DNA from: Eledone cirrhosa | Lineage: Eukaryota | DNA length: 64,000 nt | Assembly: GCA_964016885.1 (NCBI GenBank) | Contig: OZ024742.1 | Location: 305,660,001-305,724,000 of the forward strand | Direction: 5' to 3' | Shown: positions 1 to 15,389 of the stretch, in pieces | Layout: each line of letters opens with the position of its first letter | How positions within the stretch are numbered: the stretch's first letter is position 1 | Program-made: the position numbers and the translations under genes | The notes under the pieces: model-generated | Told to the model about the DNA's origin: nothing | Seen by the model: only the letters and a program-made list of their open reading frames with translations | The model's database searches: none

Positions 1-457
1 TAAGTTTGACAAGCCTTGTGAGTGAAATTTGATTGATGGGGAAACTCTCCGAAACCCTATTGTATGAACTATCTCTGTAATTCAAAGGTTCAGATTTGTC
101 ACATATTGTATCATACTGATTTGAGTTCGGACTTACATTATAAGTACACGTATGTGTATGAGTGTGGAATACTCAGCCAATTGTATGTTCGTTTAACTAG
201 TAAGACATTCAGTTGATTAAAGAACTGATTTCTCATGGAAAATGCCGGCAGATTGTCCATCATTCTACTATATTATGGAAAGTATATTTCTAGAATGATA
301 CTAGCCACCTTGACTAGCCTAGGGGTGGGGTTCAGTGTGTATTCAAACTACAATATTATTATTACACACTGCAGTTGGAATGCCGCATTAGGGAGTATAA
401 ACTTAAGTATATTTTACATGAGAACAACTTGAATATTTAATAGGTGGAATGGTTTTA

Positions 458-504
<47 letters not shown>

Positions 505-550
505 CGCTGCTGCTGCTGCTACTACCACCACCACCACCACCACCACCACC

Positions 551-606
<56 letters not shown>

Positions 607-646
607 CGCTGCTGCTGCTGCTACTACCACCACCACCACCACCACC

Positions 647-708
<62 letters not shown>

Positions 709-781
709 CGCTGCTGCTGCTGCTACCACCACCACCACCACCACCACCACCACCACCACCACCACCACCACCACCACCACC

Positions 782-828
<47 letters not shown>

Positions 829-941
829 CGCTGCTGCTGCTGCTGCTACCACCACCACCACCACCACCACCACCACCACCACCACCACCACCACCACCAC
901 CACCACCACCACCACCACCACCACCACCACCACCACCACCA

Positions 942-990
<49 letters not shown>
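458..990. repeat. Compound trinucleotide microsatellite (ACT)n/(GCT)n/(ACC)n with higher-order periodicity
   Basis: Read directly. GCT blocks start at 506, 608, 710 and 830. Explains the poly-T and poly-V ORFs. Confidence 0.95.
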
Positions 991-2577
991 AGCTGATGAT
1001 GCAGCAGCAACAGCGTGTTGGACCTCCGCCGGTTCCTTCAAGTGCTCCAGTTGTACAAACAACTGAAAAGTCTGCTCGTTAAATCAATGTGCACGTGGCT
1101 GATCATTCCATCATTTCACACATGTATACATGTATCCGTAGGGATATTTAGCGTGACATAATGTGCAACAGGGCTTACCCTTTTTATTTACGGGTACCTC
1201 ACCTCTTTGTTAGCTACGTCGACTGAAGCGATATGAAATAAAATGTCTTCTTCACGGGCACAACATGCTGCCAGAATTCACAGCCACGATCGTGAGCAGA
1301 AGACTCAAACTACTACGGTAAGCTACGTACCATCACTTAAAATAAGCCTCGGCTGCAGTATTCACCCAGAAGCTAGCATTAGTATCAACACCACTTTTAT
1401 TACCACTGTTACCAGTATCACATGTATCACCAATTAACATTTGTCATGAATAATAACTTAGTTTTATAAGCAATGCTAATTGCATCGACATTATTTGTCG
1501 TTTCATATGTTAGTGAATTCTTCATTTCATTACACCAACATAAGCAACAGCAATATCACCAACATCAACACCACCATCAACTCCAGCATCAACCCCAACA
1601 ACAACATTATCACCAACATCCTCCCCAACACCACCAAAAACACTAGAATCAGCACCAACATGGCCACCAGCATCAAAATTACAATCAACACGAAAAACAT
1701 AACCAATACTATCACCAACACCACAACCCAAATTAACACCAACACCACTATCAACGCTTAAAAACCATCACTAATATCACCACCACCATAGTCACCATCA
1801 CCAACTGCCAAACCCTCACCTACACCGCCACCACAATTAAAAACTTTTAACACAAACAACAACACCACTAAAATTTCCTTCACTAACATAAGCACAACCA
1901 CTACAACTATCATTACAATAATCAATATCATCCATCACAACCAATGCCACCACCGCCATCATCAATATCCCCAACACCATATTGAACAGCATCTCTCAAA
2001 AACAGCATCACCCTCACAACTATCATTAAAATCATCAAAATCATCACCACTACCATCATAACCTCCACCAACGCCAACAGAACCGACACAAGACCATCGC
2101 AATAACACCATTGCCACCACTATCAACACCACAGTGTGTCATAATTAAATACATCTGCAATACAACTCTGACCTTTCACCCCAATAATTAATCACCATCC
2201 TTTCGATGCCATCCTCTATTACTGTTGTAAATATCACCAACTGAAACCATGGTAACATAATCATCTTCACAGTCGCAGCACCATCAGATCTAGCAAACAT
2301 CACCGACACCACCCAAGACTTCAATGTAACGACTTAATTAGGGAACTCTCTATGTGGCGTTATGTGAACCTGCTAGAAATGGCAGTCAAATATCCACATC
2401 TAACCAGCACCACCAACATCTAAACCAATATAAAATCATTATTTAACACTTTTTAAACTAAAACCGCCGGAAAACTCCACTGTTTAATATACAAAGCTAT
2501 TTTTTTAAACGTTTATATTAATCTCGAGAACTTCCGCCATAACCCTTTGTGAGAACTTTTGTTCTAAACATATGTAT

Positions 2578-2857
2578 TACTAGCAGTGGTACCCGGCGTT
2601 GCACGGGATAAGATATTTTGCTCACGGTATGAAGAAGAGACTGGATAATACATAGTTACACTTTCAAGGAAATCGGTCTGACGTAACGCCTCAAAAAACC
2701 CCTGAAAAGCTGAAAAAACGCAGTTTTTCACCTAATGCGAGCCCCAGCGGATCATAAAGTTGAATTTTTTATGTGCCTAACACTTCCTTAAACATAAGTA
2801 ATACACATGTAAAGTTTGAAAAAAAATCGGTTGGGTACTTCTCGAGTTCTAGGGATT

Positions 2858-2940
<83 letters not shown>

Positions 2941-2962
2941 CCTCAGTTTTATATATATAGAT
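2578..2962 (+). mobile_element. Non-autonomous Helitron/Helentron-like element (Lep1/DINE-1-like) with internal (CA)n
   Basis: 5' ACTAGCAGTGGTACCCGGCGTTGCACGGG hairpin-like end, AAATCGGTTGGGTACTTCTCGAG, internal (CA)n, and 3' TTTTATATATATAGAT. A homologous inverted copy lies at 39054-39665. Confidence 0.6.
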
Positions 2963-4341
2963 AATACTTTCTCATTTTTGAAAGGGAAGGGAAATACGAT
3001 TATATCGACAAAGTTCTTGTCTGGTACTTTCTACCAGATAACAGCTGTTGACTGGTAATTTGTTTATCGAACACATAAGCTGAACGTTAAAGTAGAATTT
3101 GAACTGAGATAGCAAGACGCGTATAAATAGGGTAAAAATACATTTTGTTTTACCCATCTATTGTATCTTAAACAAAAAATGGATATTCATATCGGGAATA
3201 ACTATCCTCATCGGCGTACATGGTTAGGTATTAGCTGCGGCTAAACAACAACTTCAACAACATTGAACTAATCATCGTAATTGACAGAATATACTGATAC
3301 ACCAAAATATATTAGACTAGGGATAAAGTCTAGACGGTAACACTACACCCCATAAAATCCATTATCGTGTGTCAGTGTATGCAGCGCGGTGCTCACATAA
3401 TTGAGGGCATGGTTTTGCTGACTGTACGTTGTTGTTCGGCCAACTACTTGCATATCAAGAGACTATTCAATCAAGAATGACGTGGGCCTGCACAATCAGA
3501 TCAGCTAACATCATCATTATAAATACTGATACCGTCACATTAACCATACAGCACAGACCCTAATTTCCACTGTAGTAACACGATCTCAGCTGTCGTAACC
3601 ATATGCAACATTAACCTACCCACTACAGAGTTTTCATTACTTCCACCAATACTACCACTACCGACAATATCACTACCATCACTACCACCACCACTGCTTT
3701 GACATTATAACCATCATTGCAACTACCACCACTGCTACCCATACTAACACTACCACCATCACTGCAATCATTACCAATACAACCAGCAACATTGCTACTA
3801 CGACTACGAACATCACTGGTTCTACTACCACTGCTACCATTTCGCCACGGAGCAAATGTGACCACAATTCATAACCTACATTTTGAAACTTAAAGAATAC
3901 AATAGATAATATAATCCTGACTGAAATACAAAAGACATAATTGTCGCAGATGAAATATATCTAAAAATACTACCACAAACACCATTTAATAAGATCATTA
4001 CGAAGCACATATTACACCGTGACAGGACATCACAAGCATCATTAAATAACATCAATAACAGCACCATTTAACAACATCCCTGACCCAATTAAATATGACC
4101 CTGATAATCATCATTAAAATAACGCCTCTACAACTACCATTAAACAAGACCTTCAACGCTATTAAACGACACCATTGGACAACAAAAAAAAAACATTACA
4201 CAACACAGCACCATTAAACAACACGAATATACTTTGCATTAAATAACACAGTAAACGCGATGGTGTTTCCAGGATCTCCAATCTGACATAGTGTGGGTTG
4301 CGCCAGAAACAGAATTTGAACGTATAATGCTAAAAGAGTGA

Positions 4342-4523
4342 AATAATTGTTTCTACTTTAAGCACAAGGCCAGCAATTACCCAGTACATTACTGGTACTT
4401 TATTTTATCGACCCCGTAAGGATGAAAGGCAAAGTCAACCTCAGCGGGATTTGAACTCAAACCGTAAAGGGACGTATCTATGCTAGAAAGCATGGCGTCC
4501 AACCCTCTACAGATACTGCCAAT
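4342..4523 (-). mobile_element. tRNA-derived SINE, family 1
   Basis: Reverse complement of the multicopy unit with B-box GAGTTCAAATCC, core CTTTGCCTTTCATCCTTACGGGGTCGATAAAATAAAGTACCAG and tail GTAGAAACAATTATT. Confidence 0.85.
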
Positions 4524-4574
4524 AAGAGGGAAATAATATTGCATTGAGCGTTCCACCAAGACCCCTAAAATCAT

Positions 4575-6309
4575 ATCATCATCATCATCATCATCACCGT
4601 TTTACGTCCGTTCTTCCACGCTAGCATGGGTTAGACGGGTTGTCCTGTTGTGAGCAGTGTCTGGTCGGCTGACCATGCCTTGCTCATACAGGAACTGATT
4701 TGGCTTGATTTCTACAGCTGGATGCCCTTCCTAATACCAACCTCATTTACAGTGAGTGCTGCGTGCTTTTTCGTGGCGCCTACACGTCCACTTTACAGTG
4801 TGGGCTGGGTGCTTTTTTGCCGTGGCACCTCCACGACCACCTTGCAGTGGGGGGTGTGGGGGCATATTGTCTATATGCTTCAGCTTGTACCCATGGGAGG
4901 TCGGGTACTCTGTATTACTGCGTAACGCCAGAGGTCACGGTCGTGTGTCATCGCCTTTGAGAGGTGTAATTGGGTAAGGTCGGCTTTTATCACCTCATCC
5001 CAGGTCATCTTGGGTCTCCCCACTCCGCGGTTTCCATCGACTTCTAGTGCTCTGAACCTTTTTATGCAGCTGTCATCCTTCATACGTATCACATGTCCAT
5101 ACCAACCCAACCGCCTCTCCTGCATACAGCATTTGATTCCTCTTATGCTCAGTCTCTCTCTCAATTCATTTATGCTTTGTCGTTCGCGTATATTACTATT
5201 ACACATCCATCAGAGCATGCAGGCTTCGTTTCTCTCTAATCTACGTAAGTCTTCCACCTTCAGCGCCCAGGTCTCACTACCATGCAACATCGCTGTTCGG
5301 ATACACGCATCATACAGTCTGCTTTTCATTTTGAGGGAGAAGCCTTTTGCAGCTAGCAGTGGTAGTAGTTCCCTAAATTTCTTCCATCCCGTTCTTACCC
5401 TAGTTATTGTACTTTCTGAACACCCACCTCCGCTGCTAATTCGGTCACCTAGGTAGCAGAAGCTGTCTACTGTTTCTACAGAGCCCTCCCAGAGATTGGT
5501 GGTACTTGTTTCCGGTGGCTGTTTGCTGCTTGCTGTCCCAGCACAGCTGCTGCATGTGAAGCCTACATTCTTTATTAAGCTTCCTGAGATCCCGCTACAT
5601 CTCTTGTGTACCCATTGTTTGCATTTGGGGGAGAGAATGGAGTTCCTACCTACACCTTTCCCACATACTGAGCAAGGCCATTTCCCTGAGGGGATCTGGG
5701 TTCTGCTTTCTCGTCTACTTACAAGGACCTTAGTCTTTGTCATGTTGACTTTGAGACCCTTTCTTTCTAGTCCCTGCTTCCAAGTTTGGAATTTCTTCTC
5801 TAGTTCTACCATAGATTCAGCTATAAGTGTGAGGTCATCAGCATACAGGAGTTCCCATGGGCATCCGGTCTTAAACTCCTCCGGTATTGCCTGCAGGACT
5901 ATGATGAACAAGAGGGGGCTAAGAACAGAGCCCTGGTGGACCCCAACCTGTACGCTAAATTCCTCGCTATACTCATTGCTAATCCTAACTTTGCTGACTG
6001 CTCCTCTATACATGGCTTGTACCGCTTTCACAAGTCATTCATCTACTCCTAGTTTTCTAAGAGCCCACCAGATTACAGCACGTGGGACTCTGTCAAAGGC
6101 TTTCTCAAGATCGACAAATGCCAGGTAGAGTGGCTTACTTTTAGCTAGGTACTTTTCCTGTAACTGCCTGACAAGGAAGAGGGCATCAGTGGTGCCTCTT
6201 CCTGGTACAAACCCATTGCATCTCGTCTAGTTTTTCCCGGTCCCTAATCAACTGTGCTATAACTCTTTCTGTTACTTTCATAACCTGGTCCATCAGCTTT
6301 ATACCTCTG
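4575..6309 (-). mobile_element. 5'-truncated RTE-clade LINE: RT, PHD-like finger and C-terminus, with (GAT)n tail; disrupted
   Basis: ORF 5210-6031 has GVHQGSVLSPLLF and LLYADDL, with AFVDLEKAFDRVPR just upstream. ORF 4880-5206 has the RTE C-terminus RLGWYGHVIRM...RGVGRPKMTW. (TCA)n at 4575-4596 is the 3' tail. The 5' end abuts (TA)n. Confidence 0.92.
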
Positions 6310-6874
6310 TATATATATATATATATATATAAATACATATATTGGAAAATGTGTGAGATCCTTGGTACAGTTAAGTATATTTGAAAAAAAGGAAAAGAAT
6401 GACTTCACTTGTAGTGTTAAAAAATGTTTGATTCAATTTTATAAAATTATAATATTATGAGTTGGCAGATGTAAAGTTCTTTGTTAACTTCGGTGGGACG
6501 AATTATAAAGATTCCTAGTTAACTTGGGTTGGAGAACTTTCTCGCATTCATCTGTGGCGATTGTCATGTATGAACATTAACACACCGTATAAGCAACCAA
6601 AACGTTAAAAAAATGACATCAGTATGCTAAAATAAGATGTGTGGGCTTGTTTTTGCGTTTGCTGATGCCAATTTCTCATTTTGAGAGCTTATGTACTCTC
6701 TTATTACTATTTGATTATTTTCTGCAGTCAGAAATAAGGGGAAAGTTACTGACTAATTCAATTCAATTTTGAAATTTCACCGCCGTCTTCTAATCACATG
6801 TATACATCCATCCAGATTTATACATGTATATATACATATATGTATATATATGTATATATATGTATATGTATATA

Positions 6875-6924
<50 letters not shown>

Positions 6925-6931
6925 ATGAAAT

Positions 6932-8481
6932 ATATGAACACACTATGGACACGCAAGGATACGCACAACAACTTCGACATAACCATGGGATCTAGTGACT
7001 CGGCGCAGGTCACTGATTTGGTCGGCCTATACCTCCTCAATGAAATCCATAAAGACCTCCCTTACCTCAACGGTGGTTTGTACCGCGATGATGCACTTCT
7101 ACTCATAGAATATAAAAAATTTAATATAGAAAGAACTAGAAAACAACTGCATAAGACATTCAAAAACTTTAACCTTAGTATCACCATGGACAAAAACACT
7201 AAAAATGTTAACTTCCTAGACGCCACACTATACCTAGACTCAAAAATATATACACCTTTCCATAAGCCTAATGAGAAACTTATTTACGTAGATACCAAGT
7301 CTAATCACCCTAGATCAATATTAAACTCTATCTCTAAGGGGGTGTCCAATAGAATCTCTAGTCTGTCCTATGACGCAAACATATTTAGCAAAAACTCACA
7401 ATATTACAATCAAGCATTAGCTAGCTCCGGCCATAATATAGAAATAGAGTTCCTACCTAAGAAAACACATAGCTACAACATCATCTCGCACAACATGTCC
7501 ATGAGGAAATCTAATAATAGGAATAGCAACCACAAGTACACCAAAGCGGAGGGTGCCACCGGAAGTAACCATTACCATGGAAACTACTGTGAGGCCTTAG
7601 GAGGAAGCAACACACCAAACACTAAAAGCAAAAATAGAAGAAGAAATAATACATTTTTCAACCCTCCTTTCAACCTAAATGTCTCCACCAACATACCTAG
7701 GGCTTTCTTCTCACTACTAGATAAAAACTTCCCTCTAGGACACAAGTACCACAACCTCTTAAACAAAAACACCATTAAAATCTCATACTCTACGACGCCT
7801 AACTTAGCATACCACATAGCTAGCAGCAATAATAGTAAAATTAGTTCTTACTTACAACAAACAAAATCACAACGGGATGCAAACCCTCTAAATACCACTG
7901 TAGCAAGCAACAATAGCAACGGCAGTAACAATAGAAATAACACTAGTATAAGTAATAACACCAGGGTTGTCAACCTGAACACCCAAAATCCTATATCCAC
8001 CACACAGACTTCCGCATTGCATTATAACCAGCGGACTAACGCACAGAATAATTGTAACTGTAGAGCTAATAGAACCTGCCCTTTAGATAAAAAATGCCTA
8101 ACCAAGGATGTCATATACTCATGCACAGTCACGACTAATAACTCTTCAGAAACCTATGTAGGCTCCACTTCTAACTGCTTCAAAATTAGATATAACTCGC
8201 ACATCCACTCGTTCAAAAAGCACAGCCTAGCCAACTCCACCTCACTTTCTAGCTACATACACTATCTAAAATCTAAAAATAAACCATACACACTCAAATG
8301 GGAAGTGATAGGCAGCGCGACCTCGTACAAACCACCTAATAAATTCTGTAACCTCTGTATACTAGAGACACACAATATTATCTTCTCCAACCGTAACCTA
8401 CTTAACAAAAAATCTGAGGTGTTTGCAACTTGCCAGCACCGCCTCAGACATTCCTTCCAAAACTTTAAGCCCTATATATAG
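6932..8481 (+). CDS. Penelope-like element polyprotein: C-terminal RT half, linker and GIY-YIG endonuclease (N-terminally truncated)
   Basis: FDITMGSSDSAQVTDLVGLYLL, GLYRDD, VNFLD, SNHP, FNPPF, CNC..CPL..C, VIYSC...TYVGST, KIRYNSH and CNLC..E motifs. The first ~55 aa of ORF 6769-8481 are spurious flank and TA-repeat translation. Confidence 0.9.
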
Positions 8482-9924
8482 CAATGTCGGACTGGAACCT
8501 AACACCACATCTAGCATCAAACACCAGAGACACACCCTATACTACATACCCAACACTAGCTGATCCATTATAACACAAACAACGACATCCCTCTGGAACC
8601 CTTCGCAGGGAAAATACCCATTTATACCTCTACGGCAGGTGTGACAACATCCACCCACCTGGACGGCACTACACCGCTCTAAGGGTAATTTGAGCATGAA
8701 TTGATCGGTTGGATGGTGTTGGGCAGAGGAAACACCTTCCTTAGACAGATGTAAAATAATTTAATCGAGTAGCGCTGTTGACCAGTAGGACCGGGCTGCT
8801 GAGCGCAGTGAGTGAATGCAATGCAACTGCCGTGCGGGTTGTACGTATATGGATGATCTGACGGTCAGAGAGGGGTCGCGAGGACTGCGGATTGACCTTT
8901 GGCCTGCCTGGGGACGATTATCTTTCGACATCCAATGTAGCAAGCGATGACCCAGATCTTACCCGAGATCATTGGGTCCTGAAGCAATCCTGCAATCACC
9001 GCGCCTGGTCATATGAGCAGACTACAACCACAGAGATCATTAATTTAGAATCCTCGCTCATCATCTATAATTTCCATTTGTAGCACCTTAAGATGGGTTA
9101 ATCCACCTTAATAATAATATGATCACCTTCAGCATAATTTAGTTAAACTACTCTATAGTTAGTACACTTTATGCTTTAAAAGTCTCTCTTGGAAGGTGCA
9201 CCTCACCATAGAATTTAGGGTCCATATTGGGACACATTTTAATGGCTAGATATAGAAACCCCAGAGTTACCTCCCCGCATGCATTAACTCCCCTTAGCCA
9301 CACACACACTTCCGGTATTCAATGGCGTCTCTCGAAACGTAACAACCTCCTGTATCGAACTAAAGAACACCAGACTACGATCTCTAACTGGATTGTCGTG
9401 GATTATGTGAAAGGCATATAATCGAAATATACACTCCCTTGACCATGAAAATGCCGAAGTACATGAATTACTTGACATCCCTGCGTTGTGCATCTCCAAT
9501 ACTTATAACACTTTTAATGCTTGCACTATCTTTAATGCTTATAATATTTCTCCACACACAGACTACATCAATCATATAAAGACTTTGCCACCAGATCTAC
9601 CAACCTAACACTCTTATTTACCTACCTAAGTGCCTCTACCACACATATCTCTCTGCCACACTATATAAACAAGACGCACATGCGTGCCACACATATAACA
9701 TTTGCACTATATAACCACTTATCTTCATGTTGTACTTTAACCTATATCTTTGATTTTTGATTGTACCTATTAATATAAATGTAATCTCGAAGTGTGTACT
9801 GCCACTCTAAATTTTGTAATGAATGTTGACCCACAATGTTTGAATATGTATCAATGTTTGAATATGTATTGGTATGTCTCTCGGCTGAAAAGGAGGTCAT
9901 ATAACTGTCCATGCATTAATAAAT

Positions 9925-9971
9925 TGCTCCGAAGAATCCAAACCTCGGTTTGGAGGAAACAGCTGTAAGCA
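9925..9971 (+). ncRNA. Minimal hammerhead ribozyme variant in the PLE 3' region
   Basis: TGCT-CCGAAGA-a-TCCAAACC-tc-GGTTTGGA-g-GAAA-CAGCTG-TA-AGCA. Carries U4>C and a mismatch at the base of stem II. Confidence 0.6.
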
Positions 9972-10172
9972 CAATAATGTTTTGAACAGTTCTTTGATTC
10001 TTATATTTCATATAACTGCTCTGTAAATCATCTGATGTTTTTACATTGAGCTACTTAACTTACTGGTAATAAGGTAGTAATACATTACTGCCTACCACTA
10101 TTTAGGGTGTGTGTAAGATACTTACAACTGCTTAAGGTTTTGTGTCTACATAACCATAAATAGTATAACTAA

Positions 10173-10861
<689 letters not shown>

Positions 10862-10863
<2 letters not shown>

Positions 10864-11055
10864 CGAAGGAAATGTGGTAAGGAACCAGGTCGACCATAAC
10901 GCACCAAAGTCCTCAAAACCTAGGGTAGTAGAGTGGGTAATAGGAACGAGTAAGACCCCGACGGCTGAGCTCAACCCGTTTCGACGGCTAATTCTGGACT
11001 GAATTAGCCGTCGAAACGGCTTGTGCTCCGCCGTCGGGGTCCTACTGGTTCCTAT
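10862..11055. mobile_element. Fold-back element, family E (half-hammerhead on both arms)
   Basis: Inverted repeat 10940-11055 plus ~78 nt tail ending at (TA)n. Homologues at 38688, 48208, 48463 and 55094. Confidence 0.85.
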
Positions 11056-11972
11056 ATATATATATATATATAAATATGCATACATATATATATATATGCA
11101 TACATAGATACATAGATGTATATATATATATAAATATATATATATATGCATACATAGATACATAAATGCATACATAAGTGTGCCTGTGTGTTAATGTTTT
11201 TACACATTAGAGATGATGTTATACAAAATATCTATAAACACCATTAAATAATACCTCTAGCGCTATTAAGTATCACCATCAACACTAACAATAAAAATAC
11301 CACCACTACAACAATACTTTTATTACAATACCACCTCCACCACCACAACCACCACTTACACAAACACCAACGACACCATCACCACGACAACGATGATGAC
11401 CACCACCACCACCACCACAACAACAACAACGACGACCAGCATTATTACAATCAACACTAAACCTACAACCAATATCACCCCTACGCCCATCAAAAACAAC
11501 AACACTACAACCAACAACACCACTGCAGCCAGAACGCCACCTCCACTACAACCAAAACCACCACCCCAAACATTATAACCAACAACTCAATCACCAGCAG
11601 ATCAACAACGACTAGAATAAAAACAAAATAGTGAAACCAAGAACTGCGCACCACCACAATAACCATGACCACCACCCCAACCACCCGAACCACCAACACC
11701 ACCAAAAATAACAACCATCACTAGCTTAACCACTAACACCACAAAATATCTAAACAACACCAATAAACTCGCTCCCACCTCATTTCATTCTCTATTCTGC
11801 CACGACAACACGACGACTCCACCATACCAGTATATCAGCATAAATCCTGAAGCAACACAATGACGTGTAGAAAAGACAAATATATGAAGACAACAATAAC
11901 AACAACATTACAAATATCAACTCAAACGTATTAGAGAAACATTCATTCATACATAAATACAAATATGTATAA

Positions 11973-12200
<228 letters not shown>

Positions 12201-12607
12201 TTTATTTATATGTATATGTGTATATATACATATGCACGATTACAAATATACATTTCAATAAAAGAAAAGAGAAAAAATGTTGACAAATAAACAAACAAAG
12301 GAGAAATCTCACAAGAAAACAAGCAAACAGCCAATAGATAATATACAAAAATGCATCTAACTAGAATAACAATACAAAGGGAGGGGGAGTAAACTGAAAT
12401 CTTGAAGTAACCACTCAATCACAGACACACAGACCTATACACGTTTTTATACATAGTCACATTACACATACAGAACAAATTTACAATTATACACGCATAT
12501 ATCCATAGAAACATACAAGTACACACATATATATATCTGTGATCATGTTTAATATATATTTCACATATATGTAGGTGTGTTTGAAATATATATATAAACA
12601 TATATAT

Positions 12608-12693
<86 letters not shown>

Positions 12694-12694
12694 A

Positions 12695-12738
<44 letters not shown>

Positions 12739-12739
12739 T

Positions 12740-12830
12740 GCATACCAATTATAGCACATATATGCCCTGGAAACGATCGTTAAATAGTGAACTTTTTTTG
12801 TTTAATATAAGGAATTGTTTGTTCATTATT

Positions 12831-12837
<7 letters not shown>
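12740..12837 (+). mobile_element. Partial family C copy (3' half of the hammerhead)
   Basis: GCATACCAATT...GAAACGATCGTTAAATAGTGAACTTTTTTTGTTTAATATAAGGAATTGTTTG matches 10716-10810. Flanked by (TA)n. Confidence 0.8.
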
Positions 12838-12868
<31 letters not shown>

Positions 12869-12932
12869 ATATTTATATATATATATATATATATATATGC
12901 CTGTATGTATATGTTTATATGTATTAATTGAG

Positions 12933-13032
<100 letters not shown>

Positions 13033-14395
13033 TGTATTTTACTGTAGAGTTTTAAAATAACCAGAATAGTTAATAATGCGTTTTTGTCACTGTTCTTGTT
13101 GTAGTTATTGAGGTTGTTGTTGTTATTAATGGGAGATGTGCTGTTGTTTGTGGTGGATAAGCTGATGAAGATGAAGGGTTTTGTGTTGCTCTTGTTGATT
13201 ATGCTAATCATGGCCACGTACGTGGTGTTTGCGGTGGATATGTTTGTAGCATTGAGATTTAAAATGTTTGTTGGACTGGCTTTTGTCATTGGTGGTTGTG
13301 CTTCTGGTAATTTTACATATGCTGATATAGAGGATGATAATGGATGCCTTGTTTGTGCCGATAGTAGTGTTGTTTGTTGATGTTTGCAGTATTAGTGCTT
13401 GTAGTTTTGTTGGTGGTCGTCTTGTCGTGTTAGTGCTGGTTGGTGTTAGTAGCACTGTTTTTTTGTTTGTTTTAGTTTTAGACGCTGATCGCTGAGTATG
13501 TGGTTGTGTTGTTGGTTGTGACGTAGGTGTCGTGTTTGAGTTCATGAAGTTAGAGTGTAAATTGGCGGTGGTTTCTTAGTAATATTGGTTTCCTGTTGCT
13601 GGTACAGTGTTTGTATGGTTAGTGTTGGTGTTTTATTGTCAGTGTTGGAGTGTGTTTGTCAAGAGTGTTGCAGTATGTTTTGGCGATGTTAGTGGTTTTG
13701 ATGGTGGTGATTGTAGAACAAAAATAACTTGTAGATGATATGTATGTTAGTGTTGGAAATGTTGGAGATGGCTCTGATACTGACACTCATAAAGAGGATG
13801 AGTGGGTGAGAGTGATGGTAGCAACAATGACAGTTGTGATGCTTTAAGGATGATGGTGATGGCAAGAATACTAATTGCTATGATGATGTTAATGTTCACA
13901 GAGGAGTAGGAGGCGGTGATTGTTAGTGATAGTCGTAGTGGCTGTAGTACTTACAGAGGTGACGATGTTAATATTGGAAATGGCTGGGATGGTAGAAGTA
14001 GTTGTTAGCAACAGTGGTAGCAATGGTTGTGGTGGTGGTTTATTGTGGTGGTGGTGGTGGTTATAGGCGTGAATAACTAACAGGTAATAAATCAAGATAG
14101 ATGGCGCGCTACACAATTATTTTGTCCTGGTGGCTGTTTTCTATTATTGCTAATTCTTTTTGTTTACGTTGGTTTTGTTGTTTTTCTTGGTTTCGTCTCT
14201 GTTTTATTATTATTATATATTATACTTTATATGTTTCCTTTATCATTATTTCTATTATTATTATTATTATTATTATTATTGTATTTCAAAAAATTAAAAG
14301 TAAAAGTAATCATTACTATTATTATTAGTTTTTCTCTTTCATTTCTTTGTTTATTGATTATTTGGATGTTACACACTCACACATACATGTATGTG

Positions 14396-14427
<32 letters not shown>

Positions 14428-14584
14428 TGTATGTATGTATGTATGTATGTATGTATGTATGTATGTATGTGTGTATGTATGTATGTATGTTTTACGTGTC
14501 TGATGTCTCTTAGTCATTTATTTTATCTTCTTAATGTTTCAACATTCGTTATGTTCTTATTTTATAAATCATACTATTATTTCT

Positions 14585-14626
<42 letters not shown>

Positions 14627-14711
14627 TATAGATATATAATTACATACACATACCCATCGATATATATTTGGTTTGTTTGATTTTTACAGGGGTTTGAATA
14701 TAATTTTTTTC

Positions 14712-14779
<68 letters not shown>

Positions 14780-15328
14780 CATAGTTGTTCTTGTAATCTT
14801 TGTTTAGTTGGTCTCGATTTTATTTTATGAATTTGTTGTATCGCTTGTTATTATCATTGTTGTTGTAGTAGTTGTGGTTGTTTTCTCTCCATAGCTCATA
14901 TTTTCCTTGAATAATTAAAATTGCGAAGAGGGGGAACGACAAATCAATATTCATTTTTATTTATTTGTTTATTAATTTGTCTATTTATTTTTGAAATGTT
15001 ATTTATTATATTTTTAAAGAAAAACTTCTTCATTTTTTTAATATATTTGTTTATATATTTTAAAGATTTGAACTACTTCGTTCTCTGCGACAATGGACAT
15101 TTTTAACATTAATTTGTTTTTCCTGAAAAATGTCCCCTTCACACTCACTCATTTAATTGTATCTTCTCTGGAACCAAAATCTATATTCGATCTCTCTCTT
15201 CCCCTCTCTATATAGATGGTCTATTTCTCCATCTATCTATATTTTGATCCTCACCGTCTCAATGAATCATTGCTCAAATTGTCTTCATAAAATTTCTGTC
15301 TTGTTACATGTATGTATGTGTGTATGTA

Positions 15329-15389
<61 letters not shown>

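Noticed and set aside
403-1066. Poly-Val and poly-Thr ORFs of >200 aa
   Set aside because: Translation of a trinucleotide microsatellite, with no splice or homology support.
5010-6128. + strand ORFs of 148 and 210 aa
   Set aside because: Antisense shadows of the RTE LINE ORF.
6769-6931. N-terminus of the 570-aa ORF
   Set aside because: Read-through of flank and (TA)n. The PLE is 5'-truncated.
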